A program made the position numbers and the translations under genes. DNA of 64,000 nt from Ostreococcus lucimarinus. Lineage: Eukaryota. Below the pieces are notes generated by a model. It saw only the letters and a list, made by a program, of their open reading frames with translations, did not search any database and was not told the DNA's origin. Where the stretch lies: the NCBI GenBank assembly GCA_000092065.1, contig CP000589.1. One strand, 5' to 3'. The stretch's first letter is position 1. Every line of letters starts with the position of its first letter. Below are positions 29,067 to 39,756 of the stretch, in pieces.

Positions 29067-30491
29067 ATGGACGCGGGACGGCGCGTCGGACGACGCGAGG
29101 AGGCGCGGGAGCGTCGACGACGGGACGCGCGAGGCGCGCGGATGGGAGTCGAGGGCGATTTCGACGAGGAGACGGCGCGACTGAGCGCGCGCGTCGCCGC
29201 GGCGGAACGCCGAGACGCGCTGGGGGGGGGGGGCGCGCGACGAAAGAGAAAGGAGGACGCGGTCGCGGATGCGGCGCGAATTCATCTCTTGGAACCGATC
29301 GATGCGCGGACGCGCGGACGCGAGACCGAACGAGTTCGCGAGCAAACGCCGAGACGAGTGTGGTTGGGACGACACGCGTTCGACGTGGACGAGCGGTACG
29401 ACCCGATCAAGACGATCGGGCGCGGGGCGTACGGGGTGGTGTGCTCGGCGAACAATCGCGTCGCGCCGCTGGGTGCGCGAAATACCGTGGCGATTAAAAA
29501 GTTGACGAATTGCTTCGATTCTCCGGTGGAGGCGCGGCGAGCGCTGCGCGAGGTGCATCTTTTGCGACGGTTGAAGCACGAGAACGTCATTAAACTCGAA
29601 GATATCATGATGCCCGTGGGTGATAACGGGCGCATGGATGACGTGTACTTGGTATACGAGCTCATGGACACCGATTTGCATCAAATCATTCGAAGCAAGC
29701 AAGCGCTGTTGGACGAGCACTGTCAGTACTTCATCTATCAAATCTTGCGCGGATTAAAGTACGTGCACAGCGCCAAAGTATTGCATCGAGACTTGAAGCC
29801 GAGCAATATCTTACTCAACGCCAACTGCGACTTGTGCATATGCGACTTTGGGCTCGCGCGAAGCATGGTGGAACGCGGACGAATGATGACGTCGTACGTC
29901 GTCACGCGATGGTATCGCGCGCCCGAGTTGTTGTTGAATTCAGAAGAGTACGCCGCATCGATCGACATGTGGTCCGTGGGGTGTATTTTGGCCGAAATCA
30001 TCGATCGTAAGCCTTTATTCCCTGGGAAAGATTTCATCCACCAAATGCGACTCATCATCGAAACGTTGGGCTCGCCCGAAGAAGCCGACATGGATTTCAT
30101 CTCGTCGCCGTACGCGCGCAAGTACATCGCCAGTCTTCCTCGCAAACCAAAGGTCGATTTCGCGGTTCTTTATCCCGACGCCAATCCATTGGCGATTGAT
30201 CTTCTCGAGCGCACCTTGGTGTTCGATCCTCAACGAAGAATCAGCGTCGACGACGCCTTGGCGCATCCGTATCTCGCCTCGCTCCACGACGCCTCCATGG
30301 AGCCGACGTACACGCCCGCGGCGGACGACCCGCACTTCAAGTCTCTCGACGAACCCGACGCCCACATTCCGGACGAGTACTTGCGCGAGGCCATTTACAA
30401 TCAAATGCTAGACATGAAGTCGGAGCGAGCGGCGGCCAGAGCGTCGTCGACTTCCTTCGCCTTCGCCCCGCGTGCGCAAGCATTTTTGTAA
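29067..30491 (+). CDS. mitogen-activated protein kinase (ERK-type) with atypical T-S-Y activation-loop motif
   Basis: All kinase subdomains present ([36 protein letters not shown]). MAPK CD domain. Alternative start ATG at 29142. Confidence 0.85.
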   Translation: MDAGRRVGRREEARERRRRDARGARMGVEGDFDEETARLSARVAAAERRDALGGGGARRKRKEDAVADAARIHLLEPIDARTRGRETERVREQTPRRVWLGRHAFDVDERYDPIKTIGRGAYGVVCSANNRVAPLGARNTVAIKKLTNCFDSPVEARRALREVHLLRRLKHENVIKLEDIMMPVGDNGRMDDVYLVYELMDTDLHQIIRSKQALLDEHCQYFIYQILRGLKYVHSAKVLHRDLKPSNILLNANCDLCICDFGLARSMVERGRMMTSYVVTRWYRAPELLLNSEEYAASIDMWSVGCILAEIIDRKPLFPGKDFIHQMRLIIETLGSPEEADMDFISSPYARKYIASLPRKPKVDFAVLYPDANPLAIDLLERTLVFDPQRRISVDDALAHPYLASLHDASMEPTYTPAADDPHFKSLDEPDAHIPDEYLREAIYNQMLDMKSERAAARASSTSFAFAPRAQAFL

Positions 30492-30575
30492 AAGAAGACT
30501 CAAGACGACAACTTTACATCGACGCGCTCTTCGTGCGTCCTGGAGCGGTCGATCGAGTGGAGCGTCGGCGCGACG

Positions 30576-31403
30576 ATGAAACGGGACGTGGTGGTGACAT
30601 CCGTCGCATTCGCGGGCGCCGCGGTCGCGTGCTCGCTCGTCGCGCTTCGAATAACGCGCAAGATTAGGACAAGGACCGGACTCGATCCTTTCGCTGTCCC
30701 GAATGGTTCTTCGCGCGAAAAAGGCGCGGACGGGCGCAAGGCTGCGCTCGTGCTCACGTCACACCCCGATGATGAGTCGTACTTCTTCGCACCGACGATT
30801 CAAGCGCTGAAAGCGGCGAACGTGGAGACACACTTGGTGTGCCTGAGCGACGGCGGCGCCGGCGGGGACGGAGAGACGAGAAAGAAGGAGTTATTGCGCG
30901 TGAAAGAGCTGTTCGAGCTAGAGGGGATGTGCATCGTGGAGGCAGAAGATTTGATGGACGGCATGACGAACGCGTGGCCGGCGAAGACGGTGATGACGGT
31001 GCTGGACGAGTACACCGGGGGGGCGCCGACGACGTTTGATTACGTGGTGACGTTCGACGCGGGCGGTGTGTCAGGACATTTGAATCACGTTTGCACGTAT
31101 GAAGGTACGAAACAGTGGATTGAGGAGCGGAAAGTTAGCATTTCCAGCGATCGGGGCGGTTGTCCGCAGGTCTGGGTATTAGAGACGACAAACGCGGCAC
31201 GAAAGTTGAGCGGAGCGTTGGATTTCGCGACTTCTTATTTAGAAAGTTTGATCGACTCGCGGCGCGTGTTCGTGCCGAGCGCGTCACCTATGCAAGTTCT
31301 CAAGGCTGTCCGCTTACACGCTTCGCAATTCGTGTGGTATCGTAAGATTTTCGTCGTGTTTTCGAGGTACACGTACATGAACACGTTGCGGCGAATCGAT
31401 TGA
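30576..31403 (+). CDS. PIGL: N-acetylglucosaminyl-phosphatidylinositol de-N-acetylase (PIG-L)
   Basis: N-terminal TM, LVLTSHPDDESYFFAPTI (PIG-L/LmbE HPDDE motif), HLVCLSDGGAGGDGETRKKEL. Confidence 0.75.
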   Translation: MKRDVVVTSVAFAGAAVACSLVALRITRKIRTRTGLDPFAVPNGSSREKGADGRKAALVLTSHPDDESYFFAPTIQALKAANVETHLVCLSDGGAGGDGETRKKELLRVKELFELEGMCIVEAEDLMDGMTNAWPAKTVMTVLDEYTGGAPTTFDYVVTFDAGGVSGHLNHVCTYEGTKQWIEERKVSISSDRGGCPQVWVLETTNAARKLSGALDFATSYLESLIDSRRVFVPSASPMQVLKAVRLHASQFVWYRKIFVVFSRYTYMNTLRRID

Positions 31404-31449
31404 TTGTCATCTGATTCTTTTATCGGAAATTTACAGAACGCAAAATCAC

Positions 31450-33318
31450 TCAAACCCACCCGTTCGTGATCGATCTACTAGGTGGCCAATCTCTCGGGTC
31501 CGCGATCGGTAATCGCCAGAATCCTATCGAGCCATCGTAAGAGCCGCTAAACACCGTCGTCGCGTTGCGCCCGGCGCTTGTCAAAACGCGAACGGCGTCG
31601 TGATGACCTTGGAACACTCCGACGCACTCAAACTCGGTCTCCGGTTGCACGCCCCATAACCTCACGGTGGTGTCGTACGAGCCGGAAACCAAGTGGCCGC
31701 CCATGACGCACAGCGCCAGCACGGCTTCGGTGTGGCCGTTGATGATGTGCTTGCAGCTGAAAGTTTCTAAATCCCACACGCGAATAGTCTTGTCCCAAGA
31801 TCCGCTGTACAGGTGTCTATCATCCACCGTCAAAACACGCACGTTGTCACCGTGGCCCTTGAGTTCTTGAACGCACTCGAACGTCGCCGCGTTCCACACG
31901 CGGACGTTGGTGTCGTCTGAACCACTAAATACAAACGGCCCGATGGCGCGGTTGCTCGACGTCGCTTGCCTACGCGGAAAGCACGCCAAAGCACGAACCG
32001 CATCGCGGTGTCCTTTCAACGTTTTCACCAAATCCGTTCCCGCGGACGGACCGACATCGGCTGTGTACGCGGGCCAGACGCGCACGGTTCTGTCGTACGA
32101 TCCGCTAAAGACGTAATCATTCACCGTCACCAACGTGCGCACGGGACCGTTGTGACCTCGAAGAACCTTGAGCAACTCGAGCGACTCTATGTCGTACGCA
32201 CGAATGGTGTGATCGTAAGATGCCGTGTACAGTGTCGTATCGTTGTACACTTGAAGCGCCCGCACGGCGTCTGTGTGGCCGGGAAGATAGGTGATTCTTC
32301 GGTACGTGCTCAGGTTCCACACCCGCACGGTGCAATCGTACGAACCACTAAATAATTTGTCGTGCTTTACGCACACCGCTAAACACAACACCGGCCGCGT
32401 GTGCTCTTCTAGAACTTGTACGCAGCGTCGACTCGAAATGTCCCACGCCCGAATCGTCTTGTCTGCCGAAGCGCTAAACAACGTCGTCGCTGTCGTGTCC
32501 ACGCCCCAAACGATTTCGTCGTGTCCCTCTGCGATGGTGTACACCGGATGCTGATCATCGCTCGCATCCGCGGTCGACGCGTTCGCGGCGCCACCTGCGG
32601 AAGGCGCGAGCTCTTGATCCGCCGACGGAAGCCCAGCGAAATCGCTATTCTGTCTATGAATATCCACCACCGCCTTGTCGTGCAGGGGCGCAAGAGGCCG
32701 CAACGCGCTCAGCTCTGCCGGCGCCCACGACTGAATGGCGGTGCGAATCGCGTGGTTGGGAATCAACTCCAAGTGTCGCAACCGCACCCCGGTCACCGGA
32801 CACGTGCGATGGCCCTGGTCGAGCCATCGTTGAATCGCCGGTCTATCGTACGTGTGCCCGGTGGCGATCATCACCGGATCTTGCATCAACTCCATCGTGA
32901 TCGGACATTGAAAATGCGCGGGAATCTCCACCTGTAAGCTCGGCGTCGACTTCCGTTTCTCCTCGTCCTCGAGTTCGAGATCACCGTCCCCGGGCGGTTT
33001 CCCGTCTCGATCCGAAGGCTTTCGTCGTCCGCTCGCCTTTGGCGACTCCGCCGTCGACCGTCCTCCCTCCTCTCCATCGCCCTCTCCGCTCCCTCCCGCC
33101 TCGACCCCGCACTCCATCCCGCACGTCTCATCCTCGCTTCGTCGCGCTTCCTCTCCCGTCGCGTCGCTCGCGCGTTCCGCCCGCCGCTCGCCCTGCGCCT
33201 CGCCCACCGCGTCTTGAAACACGTCGTCCCCGCTGCTCTCGGAATCCATCCCTCGTCTCCCTCGCGGCGCGTCCATCATCTCCTGATCCGTCGACCGTCG
33301 CGTCGCGTCGCGATCCAT
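31450..33318 (-). CDS. U-box E3 ubiquitin ligase with C-terminal WD40 repeat propeller
   Basis: 622-aa ORF. U-box FQCPITMELMQDPVMIATGHTYDRPAIQRWL. At least 7 WD40 repeats (GH ... WD-like spacing: VRVW, IRVWD, VRLW). Confidence 0.8.
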   Translation of the reverse strand: MDRDATRRSTDQEMMDAPRGRRGMDSESSGDDVFQDAVGEAQGERRAERASDATGEEARRSEDETCGMECGVEAGGSGEGDGEEGGRSTAESPKASGRRKPSDRDGKPPGDGDLELEDEEKRKSTPSLQVEIPAHFQCPITMELMQDPVMIATGHTYDRPAIQRWLDQGHRTCPVTGVRLRHLELIPNHAIRTAIQSWAPAELSALRPLAPLHDKAVVDIHRQNSDFAGLPSADQELAPSAGGAANASTADASDDQHPVYTIAEGHDEIVWGVDTTATTLFSASADKTIRAWDISSRRCVQVLEEHTRPVLCLAVCVKHDKLFSGSYDCTVRVWNLSTYRRITYLPGHTDAVRALQVYNDTTLYTASYDHTIRAYDIESLELLKVLRGHNGPVRTLVTVNDYVFSGSYDRTVRVWPAYTADVGPSAGTDLVKTLKGHRDAVRALACFPRRQATSSNRAIGPFVFSGSDDTNVRVWNAATFECVQELKGHGDNVRVLTVDDRHLYSGSWDKTIRVWDLETFSCKHIINGHTEAVLALCVMGGHLVSGSYDTTVRLWGVQPETEFECVGVFQGHHDAVRVLTSAGRNATTVFSGSYDGSIGFWRLPIADPRDWPPSRSITNGWV

Positions 33319-33613
33319 GTCGCGCCTCGATCGAGCGCCGCGCGCCTCGATCGCGCGTCGCGCTTCGTCCGCGCGCGTCGATCGCTCGACGTCGAATCGA
33401 GATCGCGTTCGAAATTCGCGTCGCGATCTTCGCCGTCACCGTCGCGATCGACGCCGCGTTCGCCCGTTCGGCGGCGCCCTCGATCGCTGGAGAACCGACG
33501 CGCGCTTTCCGACCGCGCGCGACGCTCGAGCCGTCGCGCGCGTCGCCGTGTCGCGCGCGCGTGGCGGAGCCGTTAACACGCGGCGCCCATTCGTGTGCGC
33601 AAACAGTCTCATT

Positions 33614-33623
33614 GTATATATAG
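33614..33623 (+). promoter_or_regulatory. TATA-like element (tgtatatata) about 110 bp upstream of the 33734 start codon in the divergent intergenic region
   Basis: Only AT-rich motif in an otherwise GC-rich spacer between divergent genes starting at 33318 (minus) and 33734 (plus). Confidence 0.25.
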
Positions 33624-33733
33624 TTAGTAGAATGCTATCAATCGCGCTTCAATACGGAGTCGGCGCCGCGACGCGAACGGACACCGCGACGTCTCGAGTC
33701 TCGAGAGTCACGAGGTCGAGAGCGCGACGCGCC

Positions 33734-35338
33734 ATGACGAGCGGCGGAGGAAAGCGACGACGAGCGACGGCGCGCGACGCGCGAGCGCGATGGCGCGTCG
33801 CGCACCGCGCGTGGATGGTGGTGGTGGCGGCGACGGCGGCGAGCGCGGCGCGCGGACGGCGAAGGTGGAGGCGGACGCGCGACGACGCAAACGCGAGGGA
33901 CGAGACGACGTCGAACTTGACGATGTCGGACGTGTGTCTGTACTCGCCGGCGACGATCGAACGCGCGAGATCGGCGCTGCCGCGAACGGCGAGCACGTGG
34001 CGAGGGACGGTGAGCGTGGCGGTGTTGGCGGATTTGAAAACGCCCGGCGACGCGCTCGACTTGAGCGCGATGGCGAGCGAGTTGGAGGGAGACGCGGGAC
34101 GAATCGCGATCACGATGGTGGAGGCGCTACCGGAGTACGAGAATAGATTTCCAGTGAACTTTTTGCGCAACTTGGCGCGGGAGAAGTGCGTCGCGGAGCT
34201 CGGAGCGAAGTACGTGTTGGCACACGACGTCGATTTCGAAGTCTTTGTTGCGCCCGACGAGGACGCGTTTTTGAACGACGTGCGAAACGTTTTGGGGAAG
34301 CGGAGCGGCGAAAAGGTACGCCGCGCGCTGGTCGTGCCGGCGTTTCAACTTCATGCGGTGTGGTCACAACGAGTGAACGCGAAGAGAGATGCGATTCTGA
34401 ACGCGCGGCGGGTGCAAAGACAAACAAAGTCTCGCCGCAACGAAGGCAAAGACGACGACGAGTCCATCGACGCCGTCGTGGACAGTATCGCAACCAAGGG
34501 TGATGTACGACGACTAAATCCGATGTCTCTATACGAGACGCTCGTTGAAAGAGACCGAACTCGAACGGTCGACTCAAAAGCGACCGCAATAAATCTGACG
34601 CTTCCGTATTCCACGCGCGAGCGCCTCGATCGCCTCGTTCGCGAGCGTCGACTTGCGAACGGTTTCCAAATCAATTACTTTCCGATCGCGCACGCGCCGA
34701 CAAACTACACGGCATGGTTTGAGAACACCACCACTGGTGCGGACTCAACGTATCGCGTCGCGACTCCGAAGCATCCGTGGTACTACGAGCCTTACGTCAT
34801 CGTTCGCGCAGATCTTGCGTTGCCTTTCGATGAGTCTTTCGTGCAGTACGGCTTCAACAAGATTTCATTCGTTCACGAACTCGCCGCGGCGGGATTCGAC
34901 TTCCACGTTACGAAGAACGCTCACACTGTCCATACGAACACACACCCGACGCGTGCAATGGCAAACATGCAAGGACAAGACTTGGCGCGTTGTCGCGCGC
35001 ACCCTGCAGCGTCGAACGATTTTAGAATCGCTCGAGTCGGGCACTCATGCATTCCAGCTTTTTTACGCCGAATGGAGTGCGCGTACGGTTTTACCTTGGA
35101 TGACTTAGAATTCGGTGGCGTATCGAATGCGCCGCCGCCCGATGATTTGCTTTTTCGCCTACAGTCGGATGATAACATCGTCTGCTTTGGGGGATGCATC
35201 ACGGATTTAGAAGATGCGCCGCGCACGCCGGCTACCGTCACCGTGCGAGGCGGACGATTCGTCGGCGTGACGCAAGGCTCAGACGCTCGTCGGCGTAAAC
35301 GGGGCCCTTGTGAGCGCTTTGACGTAGCTTTACAGTAG
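33734..35338 (+). CDS. type-II membrane glycosyltransferase-like protein (DxD motif; possibly GT49/LARGE-B4GAT1-like)
   Basis: Signal anchor AWMVVVAATAASAA. AHDVDFEVF (DxD). Block PKHPWYYEPYVIVRADLALPFDESFVQYGFNKISFVHEL. The upstream in-frame Arg-rich ORF part (33317-33733) is not counted. Confidence 0.45.
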   Translation: MTSGGGKRRRATARDARARWRVAHRAWMVVVAATAASAARGRRRWRRTRDDANARDETTSNLTMSDVCLYSPATIERARSALPRTASTWRGTVSVAVLADLKTPGDALDLSAMASELEGDAGRIAITMVEALPEYENRFPVNFLRNLAREKCVAELGAKYVLAHDVDFEVFVAPDEDAFLNDVRNVLGKRSGEKVRRALVVPAFQLHAVWSQRVNAKRDAILNARRVQRQTKSRRNEGKDDDESIDAVVDSIATKGDVRRLNPMSLYETLVERDRTRTVDSKATAINLTLPYSTRERLDRLVRERRLANGFQINYFPIAHAPTNYTAWFENTTTGADSTYRVATPKHPWYYEPYVIVRADLALPFDESFVQYGFNKISFVHELAAAGFDFHVTKNAHTVHTNTHPTRAMANMQGQDLARCRAHPAASNDFRIARVGHSCIPAFLRRMECAYGFTLDDLEFGGVSNAPPPDDLLFRLQSDDNIVCFGGCITDLEDAPRTPATVTVRGGRFVGVTQGSDARRRKRGPCERFDVALQ

Positions 35339-35415
35339 GAAAGTATGTTTATTGGAAAAATACAAGACGTCTTACAAAGAGTACGAGACTCGCTACAGGT
35401 CGCTATAGGTGGCTA

Positions 35416-36801
35416 TCATCGAAGGTAGATGGATGGCGAAAACGGCGCAGCCGAAGCCGCTTCGTTGTACTTCGGCCTCGTCGGCGTCGCGCACGCGCCT
35501 TCCCTCAGTCCCGTCAGAATCGGAAACTCGCTCACATCTACCCCTCGTAAAAGCTCCTCAGCTTGCTCGTACATGCTGGTGTTGGCCCGGTTCACGGTTC
35601 GCATCAAATCCAACGCGTCAACATTTTGCGCAACTCCAGTGGAATCGTCTTTCGTCTTAGTTTGCTTACCTCCCCTTCGGAACAGGTGGGAAAGACGTGT
35701 GTTACGAGTTTTTCTTGGCTTGTCCGGTGACACGAACGCTTGCAAATCCTCGATGGAGCTGATGCCTGGCATCTTTGGCATTTGAATCGAAGACGCGTCC
35801 ATACTCACGTTAGGCGGGAAGTGCGGCAGCTTGATCTTCGTCACGTTGGATAAACCCTCCACAGCGGCGATAGCGACGCCAGATGGGAGCATCGATTTAC
35901 CCGGCGATGTGATGCCGATACCTTGATACGCGCCTTCGGGTGTCGAAGTGGCTTCCAACACTGGTGACGTCGTCACCAACGGCGTGTTCGTCGTCGTGCC
36001 TCCAAAGTCTTCAAAAATCTCGCTAATCTTGAACGGGCTCTCACCCGCGTATCTCGTCGGCGTGGGCACGTCCGAGTACGGCGACGCGAAAATGTTGGCG
36101 CTAATGCCACCAGGCGGATTCGAAGCCTCACCTTCTGACGCATCAAACATGTTCGCGCGAATGTCCGAAATCGGCTCTGAGACGCGTCGCCTCGCCCCAG
36201 AGCGCGACGCTCTCGAGGACTTCTTTCGCTTGCTCATATCGACACCACCACGCTGAGACGGTGTCATGTAGTACTGCGGTATGTTGATACGCGACGAATT
36301 CAATGCCAAAGCCTTGCGCGTGTTATTCGACTTCTTGATCGAGCCAGACTTCCCCGACTTGGAATGCTCGCGCTGCTCCGCCGCCGCGAGCGCGGGGAAC
36401 CCTTGATTCAACGCTTGGTCCACCTTGCGCTTCAACGTGGAGTTCCAGTGATTTTTAATCGCGTTATCGGTGCGTCCTTTGAAAGACTTGGCGATTTCCG
36501 CCCAGCGATTGCCGTACTGTGCGTGCGCGATGATCAACTGACGGTCCTCGTCTGCGCTCCACTCCTCGCGCTTGATCTCCGGGTCGAGGTGGTTGTACCA
36601 TCTCTCGCGGCATTGCTTCCCGATTCTCCCAGGAAGCTCGCCCGCGATTTTGGACCATCGCTTCGCCCCGAGTTCGGTGACGAGCTCGATGATTCGCGCG
36701 TCCTCCTCCGCGGTCCACGGCCCTTTCACCAGTTCGGGGTTGAGCACTTTTTGCCACCTGTGCAAGCACTGCACGTCGGTGCGGCTATCGCTAAAGTACA
36801 C
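35416..36801 (-). CDS. 3R-type (c-Myb-like) MYB transcription factor; first exon probably missing from this ORF
   Basis: ORF begins inside Myb repeat R1 ([22 protein letters not shown]), followed by complete R2 and R3 ([37 protein letters not shown]). Confidence 0.7.
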   Translation of the reverse strand: MYFSDSRTDVQCLHRWQKVLNPELVKGPWTAEEDARIIELVTELGAKRWSKIAGELPGRIGKQCRERWYNHLDPEIKREEWSADEDRQLIIAHAQYGNRWAEIAKSFKGRTDNAIKNHWNSTLKRKVDQALNQGFPALAAAEQREHSKSGKSGSIKKSNNTRKALALNSSRINIPQYYMTPSQRGGVDMSKRKKSSRASRSGARRRVSEPISDIRANMFDASEGEASNPPGGISANIFASPYSDVPTPTRYAGESPFKISEIFEDFGGTTTNTPLVTTSPVLEATSTPEGAYQGIGITSPGKSMLPSGVAIAAVEGLSNVTKIKLPHFPPNVSMDASSIQMPKMPGISSIEDLQAFVSPDKPRKTRNTRLSHLFRRGGKQTKTKDDSTGVAQNVDALDLMRTVNRANTSMYEQAEELLRGVDVSEFPILTGLREGACATPTRPKYNEAASAAPFSPSIYLR

Positions 36802-37715
36802 CGCTGCGCGCGTCGAGAAAACACAAACTCATCGTCAGTAACCGTGAAACACGCGAGCAATCACACAAACACCGTCCTCGTCGTCCGAACGAGTGCGAAA
36901 GAGCACGACATCAACCGCCGCGCTCGAGCGTCCCGACGCTCGTTCACGCGCGCTTCGCCGAGGGATCTCGCGGTCGCTCGCGTACCAATCTTCTTCCAAT
37001 TCCTCCCCCCGTACACCGCCACCGCGCCGCGCAACAATTCATCCTACGAACGCAATCACCCCACGTCAGTCTCTTTCGCCGCCCTCTTTCACCGCAAACG
37101 GCGCATTCGCGTCGCGTAAATCCGCATCCAAATTCAAATTCAAATTTCAAATTTTAACGCACCTCCTCGGGTGTCCATCCTCCTTTGGCGCTTCTCCGCG
37201 TCGGTCCTCCGATCTTCCTGCTCGCGACGCGCGCACGGCGCGAAAGTCAGTAAATCATTCTCGCGTTTCGCGCTCGTCGCGACGACGCACCCATCACCGA
37301 ACGCGCGCGGCGCGAGTCGGTCGTTCGAATGCGGTCGCGATGCGCCGGCGTCGCGACGCGTCGCTTTCTTCGCCGCTTTCCGACTTCCGGACGCGCTCGC
37401 GCGACCGCTCGATCGCGCGCCGGATTTCTTTTTCGTCTTTCGCGGCGACGGCGGCGACGGCGAGCGTCCGCGCGCGGGCTTCGTCGCGCGGCGCGCGCGG
37501 GCGACCATCTTCGTGCGCCGCGAACTGCGGGCGGCGTCGCGTCGTTCGGCTTCACTACGCGTCCCGTTTCATAAATGTTTTTAATACGCGTGTCACTGTA
37601 TGCGCAGCTCCGAGTTGTCTGATCGTGTACCACGCGCGGAGTCAACCGCGCGCCGAGTCGCCGCGCGACCGCGCGACACGGCGACGCGCGCGCGACGGCC
37701 CGGTCCGGTCCGCGC

Positions 37716-38696
37716 ATGACCGTCGAACCGTCGTCGAGCGATGGCGACGCCCGTTTGATGAAAGTCGCCGTCGACGATGACGCGCGCGAAGATGCGAAAG
37801 ATGCGACGACGCGGGACGATTCATGTCGCAGCGGCGCTTCGACGACGGACGACGCGCTCGCGGCGTTCGCGCACGACGAGCTCGATCGCGCGAAGACGAC
37901 GATCGCGCGATTACGGTTGGAGAAGCACGCGCTCGTGATGGGGAACAAGCGAGAGGGCGAGGCGAGAGCGAGGGCGGAGGTCGAGGCGAGAGCGCGCGCG
38001 GAGGCTGAGGCGAAGGCGTTGGCGGCGGAACGCGGGGCGTTGACTGAGCGTGAACGGGCGTTGCGAGCGTTCGTCGAGGATAAGAAGGCGCATGATGAAG
38101 CGTTGCGTCGGGCGAGGGAGGAGTGCGCGCGGTTGACGGTGGCCTTAGAGTCAGAACGAGCGGACATGGAGCGGGCGTTCGCGGCGAGGACGGGGGCGAT
38201 GCGCGCCGAGTGCGACGCGCGCGTGGCCAAGGCGAAGAAACAAGCGGAATCGACGATGACGGCGCGCATGGAGCGATCTGTAAAGAGAATTTTGGCGCAG
38301 AATAGGAAAATGAGCGATGAGCTTCGCGTGCAGGTGAATGAGACAGACGCGTTGCATCGGCGCTTCGCCAAGGCGAACGCCGAGGCGGAGAGCTTGCGCC
38401 GACGCGCGGCCGCGGCGGATGACGTCGAACGCGAGCGCGCGGAGCTCGGGGCGATGCGAGCGAGGGACCTACGACGAGCAGAGGAGAAAATCACGACGCT
38501 CGAGCGCGGTATCCGCGAACTCATGGAAGCGTTCGAGACGCAAAAGCTCGAGTGGGAACGGGAGACGAACGATTTGCGACGCGCCAACGATGAGGAAGTA
38601 ACGCACCTTAAACGTTCGCTGGCGTTGAAATCGCGCGAGTTGGTCAACATCAGGCGCTTAGCGAAAGAGGTAGTGTGTCATTATGAAGACTTGTAA
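37716..38696 (+). CDS. coiled-coil protein (hypothetical)
   Basis: 326-aa ORF with continuous heptad-like E/R/A/L-rich sequence. Preferred over the overlapping antisense Ala/Ser/Arg low-complexity ORF (37247-38650 minus) on codon-usage grounds. Confidence 0.4.
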   Translation: MTVEPSSSDGDARLMKVAVDDDAREDAKDATTRDDSCRSGASTTDDALAAFAHDELDRAKTTIARLRLEKHALVMGNKREGEARARAEVEARARAEAEAKALAAERGALTERERALRAFVEDKKAHDEALRRAREECARLTVALESERADMERAFAARTGAMRAECDARVAKAKKQAESTMTARMERSVKRILAQNRKMSDELRVQVNETDALHRRFAKANAEAESLRRRAAAADDVERERAELGAMRARDLRRAEEKITTLERGIRELMEAFETQKLEWERETNDLRRANDEEVTHLKRSLALKSRELVNIRRLAKEVVCHYEDL

Positions 38697-38816
38697 GTGT
38701 ATCTAATTCATCAATCGTTTCATTACATGTTGGTCAAACCGCCGTCGCGCTGCGCTCGGTCAAAAAAAATCAATGCGTCGCGCGGCCGCGATTGATTCTG
38801 TAAAAATATATCATTC

Positions 38817-39650
38817 TCACCAGTGGTGATTGAGAAATCGGCCGCCGTGTCCACCGCCGATTGCGGCGTGATGCTCGGCGTCTTGCGTCACGTTCTCCGT
38901 CTCCACCACGGTGCCGTCCGGTAAAGTTCTTCGACTCACCGTGCGCGTTCGTCGAACGCCATCCGCGCCAATCGTCGTCGTCGTCGAAGTCGACGTTGAC
39001 CACGTCGCCCCTCGTCCTCCGAACGCCGTCGACGATGAAACCGCGCCTCCCATCCGACCCCCTCCACCGTCTCCGCCGAACCCATCGCCGAACCATCCGT
39101 CCAACGAATCGACGTCTTCAAAAATCGACCGTCGCCGTCGAAAAACCGAATCGGCGCGCTCCATCGCGAACGGATCCCGTCCGAACGATCCAAACGTCCC
39201 CATCCCTCGCCCACCGCGCGTCCCGTGCGCGTCGTCCCCGAACACTCGCCGGAACGTCTCGAACGGGTCAAAAAAGTATCCTCGTCCATCGAAATCATCC
39301 TCATTCGTCGTCGTCCGCCCTTCGTCTCGGCGTTCGCCTCGCCTCGCCTCGTTCCCGTCCTCGTCGGCTTCCTCGTCTTCCTCGCGCCCTCGTCGCGCGC
39401 GTCCCTCCGCGAATCCGAATCCACGCGCGCGATCGTACCGCGCGCGTCGCTCTTCGTCTCGCACCGCCTCGTACGCGCGCGACGCGCGCTCGAACGCGTC
39501 GCGGCCGTTCGGATTCTTGTCGGGATGCCACCGCACGGCTTGTCGACGATACGCGCGACGAATCTCGTCGAACGGGGCGTCGCGCGCGACGCCCAGGACG
39601 TCGTACGCGCACGCGCGGTCGTCGTGCGCGCGCGGGGTCTCGCGCGACAT
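38817..39650 (-). CDS. DnaJ/Hsp40 J-domain protein with Gly-rich C-terminus
   Basis: J domain YDVLGVARDAPFDEIRRAYRRQAVRWHPDKNPN ... AYEAVRDEERRARYD with HPD motif. Gly/Phe-rich region downstream. Confidence 0.7.
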   Translation of the reverse strand: MSRETPRAHDDRACAYDVLGVARDAPFDEIRRAYRRQAVRWHPDKNPNGRDAFERASRAYEAVRDEERRARYDRARGFGFAEGRARRGREEDEEADEDGNEARRGERRDEGRTTTNEDDFDGRGYFFDPFETFRRVFGDDAHGTRGGRGMGTFGSFGRDPFAMERADSVFRRRRSIFEDVDSLDGWFGDGFGGDGGGGRMGGAVSSSTAFGGRGATWSTSTSTTTTIGADGVRRTRTVSRRTLPDGTVVETENVTQDAEHHAAIGGGHGGRFLNHHW

Positions 39651-39756
39651 CGACGCCGCGGACTCGACGCGACGGTTTGTGATGATTCGCGACGCGCGCG
39701 GCGCGAATGCTCGGAACGGAACGGAACGGAATGGAATAGATTACACGTAGATTACG

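Noticed and set aside
37247-38650. 467-aa minus-strand Ala/Ser/Arg-rich ORF
   Set aside because: Low-complexity antisense ORF overlapping the coiled-coil gene on the plus strand. No domain signal. Typical GC-rich artefact.
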